Below, piece by piece: positions 28,747 to 37,335 of a stretch of 46,098 bases of DNA. How positions within the stretch are numbered: position 1 is the stretch's first letter; each line of letters opens with the position of its first letter. Under the pieces are notes generated by a model. The model was not told the origin of the DNA. It did no database searches and saw only the letters and a list, made by a program, of their open reading frames with translations. This DNA is from Clostridiales bacterium. GTDB taxonomy: Bacteria > Bacillota > Clostridia > HGM11327. Position numbers and translations under genes: made by a program. The DNA lies in NCBI GenBank assembly GCA_015056385.1, contig SVGI01000004.1, positions 1 through 46,098 of the forward strand, written 5' to 3'.

Positions 28747-28890
28747 GCCTGTTGTCAGCGTGTGTATAGTAATTATGAGCGTGGGGATATAGATATTCCC
28801 ACGACAACCCTTATTAAAATTGCCGATTTCCATAAGGTATCTGTGGATTATCTTTTGGGGCGTACAAACAATTCAAAATTATATAAATAA
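28747..28890 (+). pseudogene. C-terminal remnant of an XRE-family HTH regulator
   Basis: Translates as ACCQRVYSNYERGDIDIPTTTLIKIADFHKVSVDYLLGRTNNSKLYK*; in-frame TGA at 28744-28746 and no N-terminal helices. Confidence 0.8.
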
Positions 28891-28923
28891 ACAGAGCAAG
28901 CCTTGTTTGACTTGCTCTGTTTT
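28889..28923. terminator. Bidirectional terminator (MATE gene / XRE remnant)
   Basis: AAACAGAGCAAG...CTTGCTCTGTTT. Confidence 0.8.
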
Positions 28924-28933
28924 ACGTGTTTAA

Positions 28934-30247
28934 TTATAAATGCTCCTTGAGAAATTTTTTGTAGAAAATAAAGCCCACGGTGCTCGTTATTATTTCCGTT
29001 ACGGGGAACGTCATCCAGAACCAGTTCAGCCCCAGCCGTGAAAACAGAAATCCAAGGGGCACGAAGAGTATAACAGTGCGTATCACAGTAAGCAGTGAGC
29101 TTTTTATGCTGTAACCCACCGCCTGAAAAAATACGGGGAATATAAGTGAGGTTACCATGGGTATAAAGCTTATACCCACAAAGTGAAAGCCTACGCTTCC
29201 TATCTCTATTACAAGAGGGTCAGAGGTAAACACCTTAAGCATTTCTACGGGTATTATGTTAAAGCAAAGTGTTCCTAAAAACATTAAGGCCATACCAAAG
29301 CATATTGCAAAGCTGAATGTCTTTTTACAGCGTTCAATATTTTTTGCGGCGTAGTTAAAGCTTATTACCGGTATAATACAGGTTTGCATTGCTCCAAGGG
29401 GAATAAAGAAAAACGTCTGCCATTTATAGTATAGCCCCAGCGCCGTAACAGCCTGATCCGAAAACAGGGACAGTATAAGATTAAGACCTAAAATATAAAA
29501 GGTGTATGCAGACTGCATTAAAATATTCGGCATACCGAAATGAAATATTTCCCTTATATTGCGAAGACGGATTGAGCCCCGGGAGATTTTTCTGAAGCCA
29601 CCCTTAAATACGATTAAGGCGGCAACAACTTGTCCTGTTACAGTTGCTGTTGCGGCACCGGAAATCCCCATTTTCGGAAAGCCCAGGAGGCCGAAGATAA
29701 GTATAGGGTCAAGCACGATGTTGGTAACTGCACCTATAATCTGTGCCAGCATCGGCGTTCTCATATTGCCGTTTGCCTGAAGCACCTTTGTCCATACGCT
29801 TTCAAGAAAAAGCCCAAAGCTCATTACACATATAATTCTGCCGTAGGTAACAACGTCGTTTATTACATCAGGAGAATCTGTGGACATTCTTGCGTAGGCG
29901 GGCATAATAAGCCAACACACCCCCGCAAACAAAAGCCATATAATAATGGCGAGGGGAGTGCCTATACCTGCGTATTTATCGGCCTCACCTCTTTTGTTTA
30001 TTCCAAGCCTTGCAGCCATTATGGTATTGATGCCTACGCCTGTACCTACGGCAAGGGCTATCATAAGAAGCTGTAAAGGGTACACCACGGATAATGCGGT
30101 AAGCCCTGTTTGAGAGCATTTTCCCACAAAAAAGCTGTCTACAATATTATAAAGAGCCTGGATAAGCTGTGCAAGCATAACAGGGGGAGCAAGCTTGAGT
30201 AAAATCCTGCTTACCCTTTCTGTTGAGAAATAATTGGTTGCGTCCAC
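28934..30247 (-). CDS. MATE-family efflux transporter
   Basis: ALYNIVDS.FV, NIVLDPILIFG..G.PKMGISGAA.AT; about 12 TMs. Confidence 0.95.
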   Translation of the reverse strand: MDATNYFSTERVSRILLKLAPPVMLAQLIQALYNIVDSFFVGKCSQTGLTALSVVYPLQLLMIALAVGTGVGINTIMAARLGINKRGEADKYAGIGTPLAIIIWLLFAGVCWLIMPAYARMSTDSPDVINDVVTYGRIICVMSFGLFLESVWTKVLQANGNMRTPMLAQIIGAVTNIVLDPILIFGLLGFPKMGISGAATATVTGQVVAALIVFKGGFRKISRGSIRLRNIREIFHFGMPNILMQSAYTFYILGLNLILSLFSDQAVTALGLYYKWQTFFFIPLGAMQTCIIPVISFNYAAKNIERCKKTFSFAICFGMALMFLGTLCFNIIPVEMLKVFTSDPLVIEIGSVGFHFVGISFIPMVTSLIFPVFFQAVGYSIKSSLLTVIRTVILFVPLGFLFSRLGLNWFWMTFPVTEIITSTVGFIFYKKFLKEHL

Positions 30248-30321
30248 TATCTTATCCTCTGTATTCTAAGTATTGTAACAAACAGTAAGGTATTATATCA
30301 CGGCCAAGTAAAAAAAGATAC

Positions 30322-30357
30322 AAAAAATCAGCGCTGCAGCTAAGGCAACGCTGATTT
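30322..30357 (-). terminator. Intrinsic terminator of the YwaF-like gene
   Basis: AAATCAGCG.TGC...GCA.CGCTGATTT with an A-tract on the left. Confidence 0.7.
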
Positions 30358-30385
30358 AAGTGATTATCTGATGTAAAAGAGTGTG

Positions 30386-31171
30386 TTACAAAGTACTGCC
30401 GCTGCGCTTTTGCTTTATTTCCTTTATAATTTGGGGAAGGGAAACGATAGTAAACAGAACGCAAATAATACCAAGGGCTACAACAAGCCTTGCCCATACA
30501 TTGGAGGGCAAAACGTTAGCTAAGGAATCCCCCGGTGTACCTGCGGCAAGATACATATAGTTAGCGTCGGGGATGTTAAGGTTTGCATAAATTGCAAGGC
30601 ACGCAAGTATTGAAAGGGCTGTAAGGGGCTTGTACACCTTTCTGAAATCCGGCCTGAAGCCGTGTACGAACATCATATAGAACACACCGAGAATAGGGAA
30701 TATGTGCTCTATCCAGAATGAATAGTACCTGTAATGCCCAAAGCCAAGCTTTGTGATTACTGCAGGGGTGATAAGGGGGATAAGCCCAAGCGTAAGGGCT
30801 ATGTAAAACGCTATGTCAAACATATGCCTGTTTTTCTTGATAAGCATAAATGCGGCAATATACGCTGTCCATTCGCATACCTGCAGAGGGAGAAATGTCA
30901 TCATCTGTGTTCCGTCCATACTGTTACCTACGTAAAGCAGGCGCCAATAATAGGAGCATTCGTTGAAAATCAGCCAAACACCTATAAGCGTTCTGAACGT
31001 ATCCTCATATTTCCAACCGCGAAGCTTGTCCTTGTAACGGTACGTAAGAAATATGCCTACGATAAGTAAAAGGATAGGTAAAAGGTGCGCCAATGAAAAA
31101 TACTCAAAAATAGGGGTTTTGCTGTATCCGAAAAAGCCCTCGCTGTGGTATTCGTAAACGAAATTGTCCAT
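30386..31171 (-). CDS. YwaF-like integral membrane protein (TMEM164-type putative acyltransferase)
   Basis: FS..H, LPLQVC, L.TP, F...H and NYMYL motifs. Confidence 0.75.
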   Translation of the reverse strand: MDNFVYEYHSEGFFGYSKTPIFEYFSLAHLLPILLLIVGIFLTYRYKDKLRGWKYEDTFRTLIGVWLIFNECSYYWRLLYVGNSMDGTQMMTFLPLQVCEWTAYIAAFMLIKKNRHMFDIAFYIALTLGLIPLITPAVITKLGFGHYRYYSFWIEHIFPILGVFYMMFVHGFRPDFRKVYKPLTALSILACLAIYANLNIPDANYMYLAAGTPGDSLANVLPSNVWARLVVALGIICVLFTIVSLPQIIKEIKQKRSGSTL

Positions 31172-31239
31172 AGTTTTTCTCCCGCTTTATATCTTTATTG
31201 TTTTGCCTGTTATGTAAAAAGGCTTGGATTCTGAAATGT

Positions 31240-32361
31240 TTATTGCAGGTTACCCTTAACGGTAGTAATTCGCCTGAAAATATTGCCTGCGGTACGTGCT
31301 GTAAACCGAAGTATGCGTGAGAAGGCGTACATCACAAGCAGGGTCCATATAAGTATAAAAATCGGATATTTCGGCAGATACGCTATCCACTGGCACGTTT
31401 TTAACGGTGTAAAGAATATGCCGTGAAGAAACCACATATTCGTGCTTTCTTCAGAAAGCCTTGTTAAGATAAATTCAAGAGGCTTCCATGAAATGGAATT
31501 TAGTATTGTTAGAACCGCATAAATAAATATCGGCGTAAATATAGACAGACCGGACATTTTGTATATCCAGACGATGCCGGTATAGTTCCAGAGAAGCACC
31601 ATAGCTATTATGGCAAAAATTGATGCGGCAAGTAAAATGCCCTTTCTCAAATGTTTGGACAGGAACGTATGAAAAACAGTGTATATATTGTATTTTGCAA
31701 ACAAGTATCCCAGCATACCTATATGCCCCCAGGTTGCAAACGAGGAAAAAAGGGTCTGTATGGTGGAGATGGAGCCTTTGAATATGAGGCGGTTAAGTAT
31801 AAAATATCCGCCGAATAAAATGCCTGATATAAGTATAGAGTCTACTATGAAATTACGCCTGCAAAGCCGCGCTAACAATGGGGATATAAGCAGGAACATA
31901 ATGTAAAAGGAAACGTACCAGGCAAATACAGGGTGAATGGTACTGAAATATGCCCAGTCAAACCCTGTGGCGGTGGATATTCCAAAGCATTGCTGAAGGA
32001 ACATTCCAACAGAGGGGAAGGGCTCCTTCATAATGAAGACGTAAATCAAAAATACGAAAAAAATCCCCCAATATTTAATGAGAAATCCCACAATTCTTTT
32101 TATAACGGATTTGAAGCAGCTGTATTCGTTTTGCTTTATGAATAAAACGTATCCCGATATAAATGCAAATATACCAACGCATATTTTGCCAAAGGAAGCA
32201 AGCATCTCATCGATGGCTATGCTGCCTATATATGTAAGAATAATAGGATTATCGGGAGTACGCCATTGGGGAAATCCAATAAAATGATGAAAAAACATAG
32301 CAATTATTGCAATTCCCTTGAGTAGCTGAGTTTCTCTTTTTCCAAAGCTGAACTGTTGCAT
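31240..32361 (-). CDS. Acyltransferase-3 (OafA-like) membrane O-acyltransferase
   Basis: LKGIAII.MFFHH, V.IF.FISGY, WYV..YI, S..MW..H. Confidence 0.88.
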   Translation of the reverse strand: MQQFSFGKRETQLLKGIAIIAMFFHHFIGFPQWRTPDNPIILTYIGSIAIDEMLASFGKICVGIFAFISGYVLFIKQNEYSCFKSVIKRIVGFLIKYWGIFFVFLIYVFIMKEPFPSVGMFLQQCFGISTATGFDWAYFSTIHPVFAWYVSFYIMFLLISPLLARLCRRNFIVDSILISGILFGGYFILNRLIFKGSISTIQTLFSSFATWGHIGMLGYLFAKYNIYTVFHTFLSKHLRKGILLAASIFAIIAMVLLWNYTGIVWIYKMSGLSIFTPIFIYAVLTILNSISWKPLEFILTRLSEESTNMWFLHGIFFTPLKTCQWIAYLPKYPIFILIWTLLVMYAFSRILRFTARTAGNIFRRITTVKGNLQ

Positions 32362-32598
32362 TTTTCACCATTTACCTTGTAGAATAGCCTTGTTTTTTGG
32401 CGCTTTTACTCTATTTTATCATAATGTTAGAAAAACACAATAGGTAAACCAACTCCGTTAGATTATTACAACGCTGCATTTTTTATTAACAGTTTTGTTT
32501 TTTACAACATAAAATGGCATATAATTGATAAGCTGCTTGAAAATAAAGCGGTTTTGTCTTATAATTCCCATTTGTGTACGGGAAAGGAGGGTCTTGAT

Positions 32599-33450
32599 AT
32601 GGAGGCGTGGATTTTACTCAGCGCATCATACGGCATAATTAAGGGCTGCAGAGAGCCTATTAAGAAAAGAGTGTTAAAGGACGTTAATTTAACAACTGCC
32701 CTTTTCGTATATACATTTATCGGATTTTTAATGGCTATCCCTACGGCTACAGGTATTTTTGATATTCCACCTGGTATGTTTGTGTGGATAATCCTTAAAT
32801 CCTGCGCCGTTTTCTTTGCGTGGATGCTTTCCTTTGCGGTATTAAGGAAGCTTCCCATAAGCATCTACGGCGTTACAGATATGTCCCAGGTTATTTTTTC
32901 TACACTTATGGGTGTTGTGTTCTTGCACGAAAGCCTTACCCTTAAGGGTATATTAAGCCTTGTTCTTGTGGCAGGCGGACTTTATCTTGCAAACCGCAAA
33001 ACCTCTGCAACAAAGGAGGAATACCCAATACGCTACGTATGGCTTTTATTGCTTTCCTGCTTTATGAACGGGGTTTCAGGTACGCTGGATAAGTACATAA
33101 TGTCCTCGGGTACTGTTACAAGCTCTGCATTACAGTTCTGGTTTATGCTTATCCTGTCTGTTATGTATCTTGTGTATATATTTATCAGAAGAGAAAGGCT
33201 GGAGCTTAAAAAGGCCCTTACAAACCCGTGGATATACGTCTTAAGCTTCTCTCTTGTGCTGGGGGACAGGCTGCTTTTTATTGCAAATTCAGACCCTGCA
33301 AGTAAGGTTACGGTTATGACCCTTATTAAGCAAAGCTCCGCCATAGTTACTATTGTGCTTGGTAAGGTGCTGTATCACGAAAAGCATATTGTCAAAAAGA
33401 TACTGTGCGCGCTTATTATACTTGCGGGAATTGCACTTGCCGTTTTATAA
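32599..33450 (+). CDS. EamA/DMT-family transporter
   Basis: Duplicated EamA halves (LPIS...FLHESL; LYHEK). Start moved to ATG 32599 after AAGGAGG. Confidence 0.88.
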   Translation: MEAWILLSASYGIIKGCREPIKKRVLKDVNLTTALFVYTFIGFLMAIPTATGIFDIPPGMFVWIILKSCAVFFAWMLSFAVLRKLPISIYGVTDMSQVIFSTLMGVVFLHESLTLKGILSLVLVAGGLYLANRKTSATKEEYPIRYVWLLLLSCFMNGVSGTLDKYIMSSGTVTSSALQFWFMLILSVMYLVYIFIRRERLELKKALTNPWIYVLSFSLVLGDRLLFIANSDPASKVTVMTLIKQSSAIVTIVLGKVLYHEKHIVKKILCALIILAGIALAVL

Positions 33451-33451
33451 G

Positions 33452-33495
33452 AAAAAAATACTTATCTCATTAACACGGGATAAGTATTATTTTTT
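33452..33495. terminator. Probable bidirectional terminator
   Basis: AATACTTATC...GATAAGTATT with A/T tracts between convergent genes. Confidence 0.6.
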
Positions 33496-34029
33496 ACGCT
33501 TTTGAGCTTTTATAAGCCTTATTATCCGGGGTCTGTTGTATCTTTGCATTATAACGAATATCCCGTCGTAACAGGCGGATAATACAGAGGTTATAATAAA
33601 TACCGACAGGGAGCCGAAATATACGGCGGAAATTATGGGGAGAAAGCTTAATACGATAATAGCCTCGTGAACCAATTCTGCCTGGCAGGTAGCCTGTGCG
33701 ATTTCATCCCAGGTGTGGTACTTTGGATCGAAAATTGTTGGGTCATACGTAGGCATTTTAGCCTTCCATTTGTGAACGCCGATTACCTTGTAAAGCCTTT
33801 GCTCGGTATTGCCAACGCGAAACCACCTTAAGCTATAATTTATGCGGTTATGAAATATGCCGTTTATTACGGCGCCTACGACAAGGCGCATTATAAGGTG
33901 GTAGGCAGTTGTACCGAATGTAATTGCAAGGGGTAGAAATAACGTTGTATAGGTGTATTTGTATAAAACAGCAAAAAGCACAGTTAATAAGGCTGATACA
34001 AGTGCCGTAATTTTCATTTTTTTAGCCAT
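33487..34029 (-). CDS. CrtO-like (glycosyl-4,4'-diaponeurosporenoate acyltransferase family) membrane protein
   Basis: Y..IGV.KWK..MP, T..AELVH and QRYNRPR motifs. Likely start ATG 34029 after AGGAG. Confidence 0.7.
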   Translation of the reverse strand: MAKKMKITALVSALLTVLFAVLYKYTYTTLFLPLAITFGTTAYHLIMRLVVGAVINGIFHNRINYSLRWFRVGNTEQRLYKVIGVHKWKAKMPTYDPTIFDPKYHTWDEIAQATCQAELVHEAIIVLSFLPIISAVYFGSLSVFIITSVLSACYDGIFVIMQRYNRPRIIRLIKAQKRKK

Positions 34030-34078
34030 AAGCGCTCCTGCAATATTTCGTTTTACAAGCCTATTATAACCCTGCAAC

Positions 34079-34108
34079 AAAAAAGGCAGAGAAAATTTCT
34101 CTGCCTTT
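34079..34108 (-). terminator. Intrinsic terminator of spoIVB
   Basis: AAAGGCAGAGAA-AAT-TTCTCTGCCTTT with an A-tract on the left. Confidence 0.8.
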
Positions 34109-34109
34109 C

Positions 34110-35168
34110 TTATGCAACGGCGTTAAGCATATTCTCAATAAAAATTCCGTATCCCCGTGTAGGGTCGTTTACTAAAACGTGGGTTACAGCACCGATAATC
34201 TTCCCGTCCTGAATAATGGGCGAGCCGCTCATACCCTGAACTATACCGCCTGTAAGGCTTAAAAGCTCCTCATCCGTAACGCGGATTATCATATTTTTCT
34301 CACCTCTTGAAAGGGGTACGCATATTTTTTCAATGGATATATCGTATATTTTAGTGCCCGAATCTCCTACGGTGGAGATTATCTGCGCCTTGCCTACGTG
34401 TACCTCGCTTGATTTTCCAACAGGCACAGTAGCGCTTTTGAAATAGGATTTATCCGTTATTTTGCCGTATAGTCCGCAATAGGTGTTGTTGGATATTCTG
34501 CCTACCTCTCCAAATGCGGAAAAGCTTCCCTGAAGCTCCCCCGGCGCACCTGAAATTCCTTTAATTGCACCGGTTACCGAAACCCTTGTAATTTTTCCGC
34601 TTTTTACGGGTAAGATAACACCGGAAACGTTATCTGCTATTGCATGGCCGAGGGCTCCGTAATTACCTGTTGCAGGGTCTATAAAGGTAAGTGTACCAAG
34701 GCCTGTGGTGTGGTCCCTAAGCCATACACCTATTTTTGTTTCGCCCACGGTGTCCTTTACAGGCGTAAGGTATACGGTTTTGCTATCCGCGCCCCTTATA
34801 AGAGATATTTCCACAGGTGATTTCTCTGAGGCCTCAACAAGCCTTGAAAAATGCTCCATGTTATCTATTTTCACGCCGTTAACATGGGTAAGCATATCTC
34901 CGGGAAGTATACCTGCCTCGGCAGCAGGGGAAAGCATTTGCCCCGACTGGCTTTTTACCTCGTTTATGCCTCCTACAAGAAGCCCGTCTGTTTCCATCAT
35001 TATACCTATACATTCTCCGGAGGGTATTACCTCAAGGGGTATGTTGGCAGAGGTTGCCTGTACATTTATATTAGGCGTCTGGGCTGTGAGTACAGTCAGG
35101 GCGCCTAAAGCACATACAATACTCCGCAGAATGCTTTTAAGGTGCTTTTTTATTCTTTTTTCATTCAA
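34110..35168 (-). CDS. spoIVB: SpoIVB serine peptidase (S55, PDZ)
   Basis: G.W.RD...G.GTLTF, GALGH.I.D, TGGIVQGMSGSPIIQ.GK..GAVTHV.VNDPT.GYG. Likely TTG start at 35168 after GAAGGGAG (track start 35207). Confidence 0.93.
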   Translation of the reverse strand: MNEKRIKKHLKSILRSIVCALGALTVLTAQTPNINVQATSANIPLEVIPSGECIGIMMETDGLLVGGINEVKSQSGQMLSPAAEAGILPGDMLTHVNGVKIDNMEHFSRLVEASEKSPVEISLIRGADSKTVYLTPVKDTVGETKIGVWLRDHTTGLGTLTFIDPATGNYGALGHAIADNVSGVILPVKSGKITRVSVTGAIKGISGAPGELQGSFSAFGEVGRISNNTYCGLYGKITDKSYFKSATVPVGKSSEVHVGKAQIISTVGDSGTKIYDISIEKICVPLSRGEKNMIIRVTDEELLSLTGGIVQGMSGSPIIQDGKIIGAVTHVLVNDPTRGYGIFIENMLNAVA

Positions 35169-35224
35169 TTTTTTTCTCCCTTCAAAATAAAATTGAAAAC
35201 GCCGCATATGACGCTTTCAAAAAA

Positions 35225-35253
35225 TATTTTGTCCGTGATAAAAGCACCAATTC
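35225..35253 (-). promoter_or_regulatory. Possible forespore sigmaF/sigmaG promoter of spoIVB
   Basis: Minus strand GGACAAAATA fits the sigmaF -10 pattern GGnnAnAhTr; the upstream GAATT is only an imperfect -35. Confidence 0.4.
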
Positions 35254-35276
35254 ATTCAAGAAATATGTGTAAAAAC

Positions 35277-35304
35277 AAAAAATGCCCCGAAAAAACGGGG
35301 CATT
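35277..35304 (-). terminator. Intrinsic terminator of asnA
   Basis: AATGCCCCG-AAAAAA-CGGGGCATT with an A-tract on the left. Confidence 0.8.
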
Positions 35305-35359
35305 CCAATTTATGTATAAAAATATCATTTGCCAAAAAAATGAAAAAAGAACAGCGGAA

Positions 35360-36340
35360 TTAAAGAAGCTCCAGGTTGTGCTCCTTACAGTAATCAATGT
35401 TTTTTTGGTCCCAAACGGAAACCTGAACCTCGCCTATATGCATTTTTTCCATAAGAAGCATACAGAGCCTTGATTGGCCGATGCCGCCGCCTATGGTATA
35501 GGGAAGCTGTGAGGAAAGAAGCATTTTATGGAATTCAAGCTCACGCCTGTCGTTACATCCTGCGAGGGTAAGCTGCCTGTCCATAGATTCCTCATCTACA
35601 CGTATTCCCATTGATGAAAGCTCAAGAGCAATATCAAGGGGCTTGTGGTAGAAGAAAATATCACCGTTAAGCTCCCAATCGTCATAGTCGGGGGCGCGCA
35701 TATCGTGCTTGCTTCCGTCCTTGAGTATTTTGCCTATCTGCATAATGAATACAGTGCCGTGCTTTTTTACGATTTCGTATTCTCTCTGCTTTGGGGTAAG
35801 TGAGGGGTAGAGGTCAAAAAGCTCCTGTGAGGTTATAAACTTAACCTCCCTGTTAAGAGAAACGGAAAGCTCCGGGAATATTCCCTTAAGCATCTCGGAG
35901 GTATCGCAAATAGCATCAACTATTTTCTGCACCGTATCCTTAAGATATTCTACGGTACGCTCCTCCTTAAGCATTACCTTTTCCCAATCCCACTGGTCAA
36001 CGTAAATGGAGTGTATATTATCCATATCGTCATCACGGCGTATAGCATTCATATCCGTATAAAGCCCCTCGCCGTGTGAAAACTGATATTTCTTAAGAGC
36101 AAGGCGCTTCCACTTTGCCAGGGAGTGTACAACCTCTGCACATGCGTTTGCACGGGGTATATCAAATGAAACAGGCCGCTCTATTCCGCTTAAGTTATCG
36201 TTTAAGCCTGTGTTGGGGTTTACGAATAACGGTGCTGAAACACGCTTCAGGTTAAGCTTGGTTGCCAGGGCGTCCTCAAAATATCTCTTTACAAGACCTA
36301 TTGAGGACTGTGTTTCATAAAGGGAAAGAATGGGCTTCAT
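35360..36340 (-). CDS. asnA: Aspartate--ammonia ligase
   Basis: VHSLAKWKR, YTDMNAIRRD, YVDQWDWE, RAPDYDDW, ELSSMGIRV, TIGGGIGQSR. Confidence 0.97.
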   Translation of the reverse strand: MKPILSLYETQSSIGLVKRYFEDALATKLNLKRVSAPLFVNPNTGLNDNLSGIERPVSFDIPRANACAEVVHSLAKWKRLALKKYQFSHGEGLYTDMNAIRRDDDMDNIHSIYVDQWDWEKVMLKEERTVEYLKDTVQKIVDAICDTSEMLKGIFPELSVSLNREVKFITSQELFDLYPSLTPKQREYEIVKKHGTVFIMQIGKILKDGSKHDMRAPDYDDWELNGDIFFYHKPLDIALELSSMGIRVDEESMDRQLTLAGCNDRRELEFHKMLLSSQLPYTIGGGIGQSRLCMLLMEKMHIGEVQVSVWDQKNIDYCKEHNLELL

Positions 36341-36370
36341 GCTGATTGCTCCTTTGAAATATTAGGGAAA

Positions 36371-36399
36371 ATTATAATGTTTTAAGCTAATAATGTCAA
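36371..36399 (-). promoter_or_regulatory. Consensus sigmaA promoter for asnA
   Basis: Minus strand TTGACA-17 bp-TATAAT. Confidence 0.8.
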
Positions 36400-36584
36400 T
36401 ACTCACACAGGCAAAATTACATTTCAAAAAATAATTTTTAATTGTCGCTTAAGGTAAAAGCAGTATAATATGGTCGTATTTAGTATTATTCAAAAGAAAT
36501 ATTGCATTTTTCAAAAAAAGATGTATAATTGTATATGTGAAAGTAAGAGCAAATTGCTTTTTTGATAATAAGGAGGTACTTTCT

Positions 36585-37268
36585 GTGGATAATCTGAAAG
36601 TTATGATAGTTGATGACGATGTTAATATAGCTCAGCTCGTTAGGCTTTATGCTGAAAGAGAAGGCTGGCAGACAAACTGCTGCGAGAACGGTGCAGTTGC
36701 ATTGAGAGAGTTTAACCGCTTCAAGCCTGACGTTGTGATACTTGATATAATGATGCCGGAGATGGACGGCTGGGAAACGTGCAGAAGAATTCGTGAGTTT
36801 TCAACAGTACCGATAATTATGCTTACGGCAAAGGGTGAGGTTTTTGACGAGGTTGCAGGCCTTGATATGGGCGCAGACGACTATATCATAAAGCCCTTCG
36901 ATGCTAAAATACTTATGTCCCGTATCCGAGCAAATACTCGTAGAACCCATCTCGATACCTCAAAGGCATTGGTTTACCCCGACCTTGTTATTGAAATGGA
37001 TAACTACAAGGTTACGTATAAGGACGTTGAATACGATTTTCCCCCCAAGGAAATTGAGCTTTTGTACTTCCTTGCCTCAAATCCCAACAAGGTATTTACG
37101 CGTGAACAGCTTCTTGAAAACGTATGGGGCTTCGATTACTTTGGTGAAACAAGAACTATTGACGTTCATATGAAGCGTATCAGAAGTAAGCTTGGCGAGG
37201 ATGATCCCCATCAGAAATGGCAGCTCAAAACTGTTTGGGGTGTAGGCTACAAGTTTGAGGTTAAATAA
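36585..37268 (+). CDS. OmpR-family response regulator (SrrA/ResD/WalR-like)
   Basis: VDDD, LDIMMP, MLTAK, DDYIIKPF, RTIDVH.KR.R.K, TVWGVGY. GTG start 36585 after AAGGAGG. Confidence 0.95.
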   Translation: MDNLKVMIVDDDVNIAQLVRLYAEREGWQTNCCENGAVALREFNRFKPDVVILDIMMPEMDGWETCRRIREFSTVPIIMLTAKGEVFDEVAGLDMGADDYIIKPFDAKILMSRIRANTRRTHLDTSKALVYPDLVIEMDNYKVTYKDVEYDFPPKEIELLYFLASNPNKVFTREQLLENVWGFDYFGETRTIDVHMKRIRSKLGEDDPHQKWQLKTVWGVGYKFEVK

Positions 37269-37284
37269 TTTTTGGTGAATTTAT

Positions 37285-37320
37285 CAGCTCCGTCGTCCTG
37301 TGCGGCGGAGCTGTTCTTTT
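37285..37320 (+). terminator. Terminator-like hairpin between the regulator and kinase genes
   Basis: CAGCTCCGTCGT-CCTGT-GCGGCGGAGCTG followed by TTCTTTT. Confidence 0.65.
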
Positions 37321-37335
37321 CAGAGGAAAATAATT

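Noticed and set aside
30252-30497. 81-aa minus-strand ORF between the MATE and YwaF-like genes
   Set aside because: Overlaps the YwaF-like gene in another frame and crosses its terminator; no motifs.
35142-35473. Several short ORFs between spoIVB and asnA
   Set aside because: They span a terminator and promoter region, are low-complexity, and overlap real genes.
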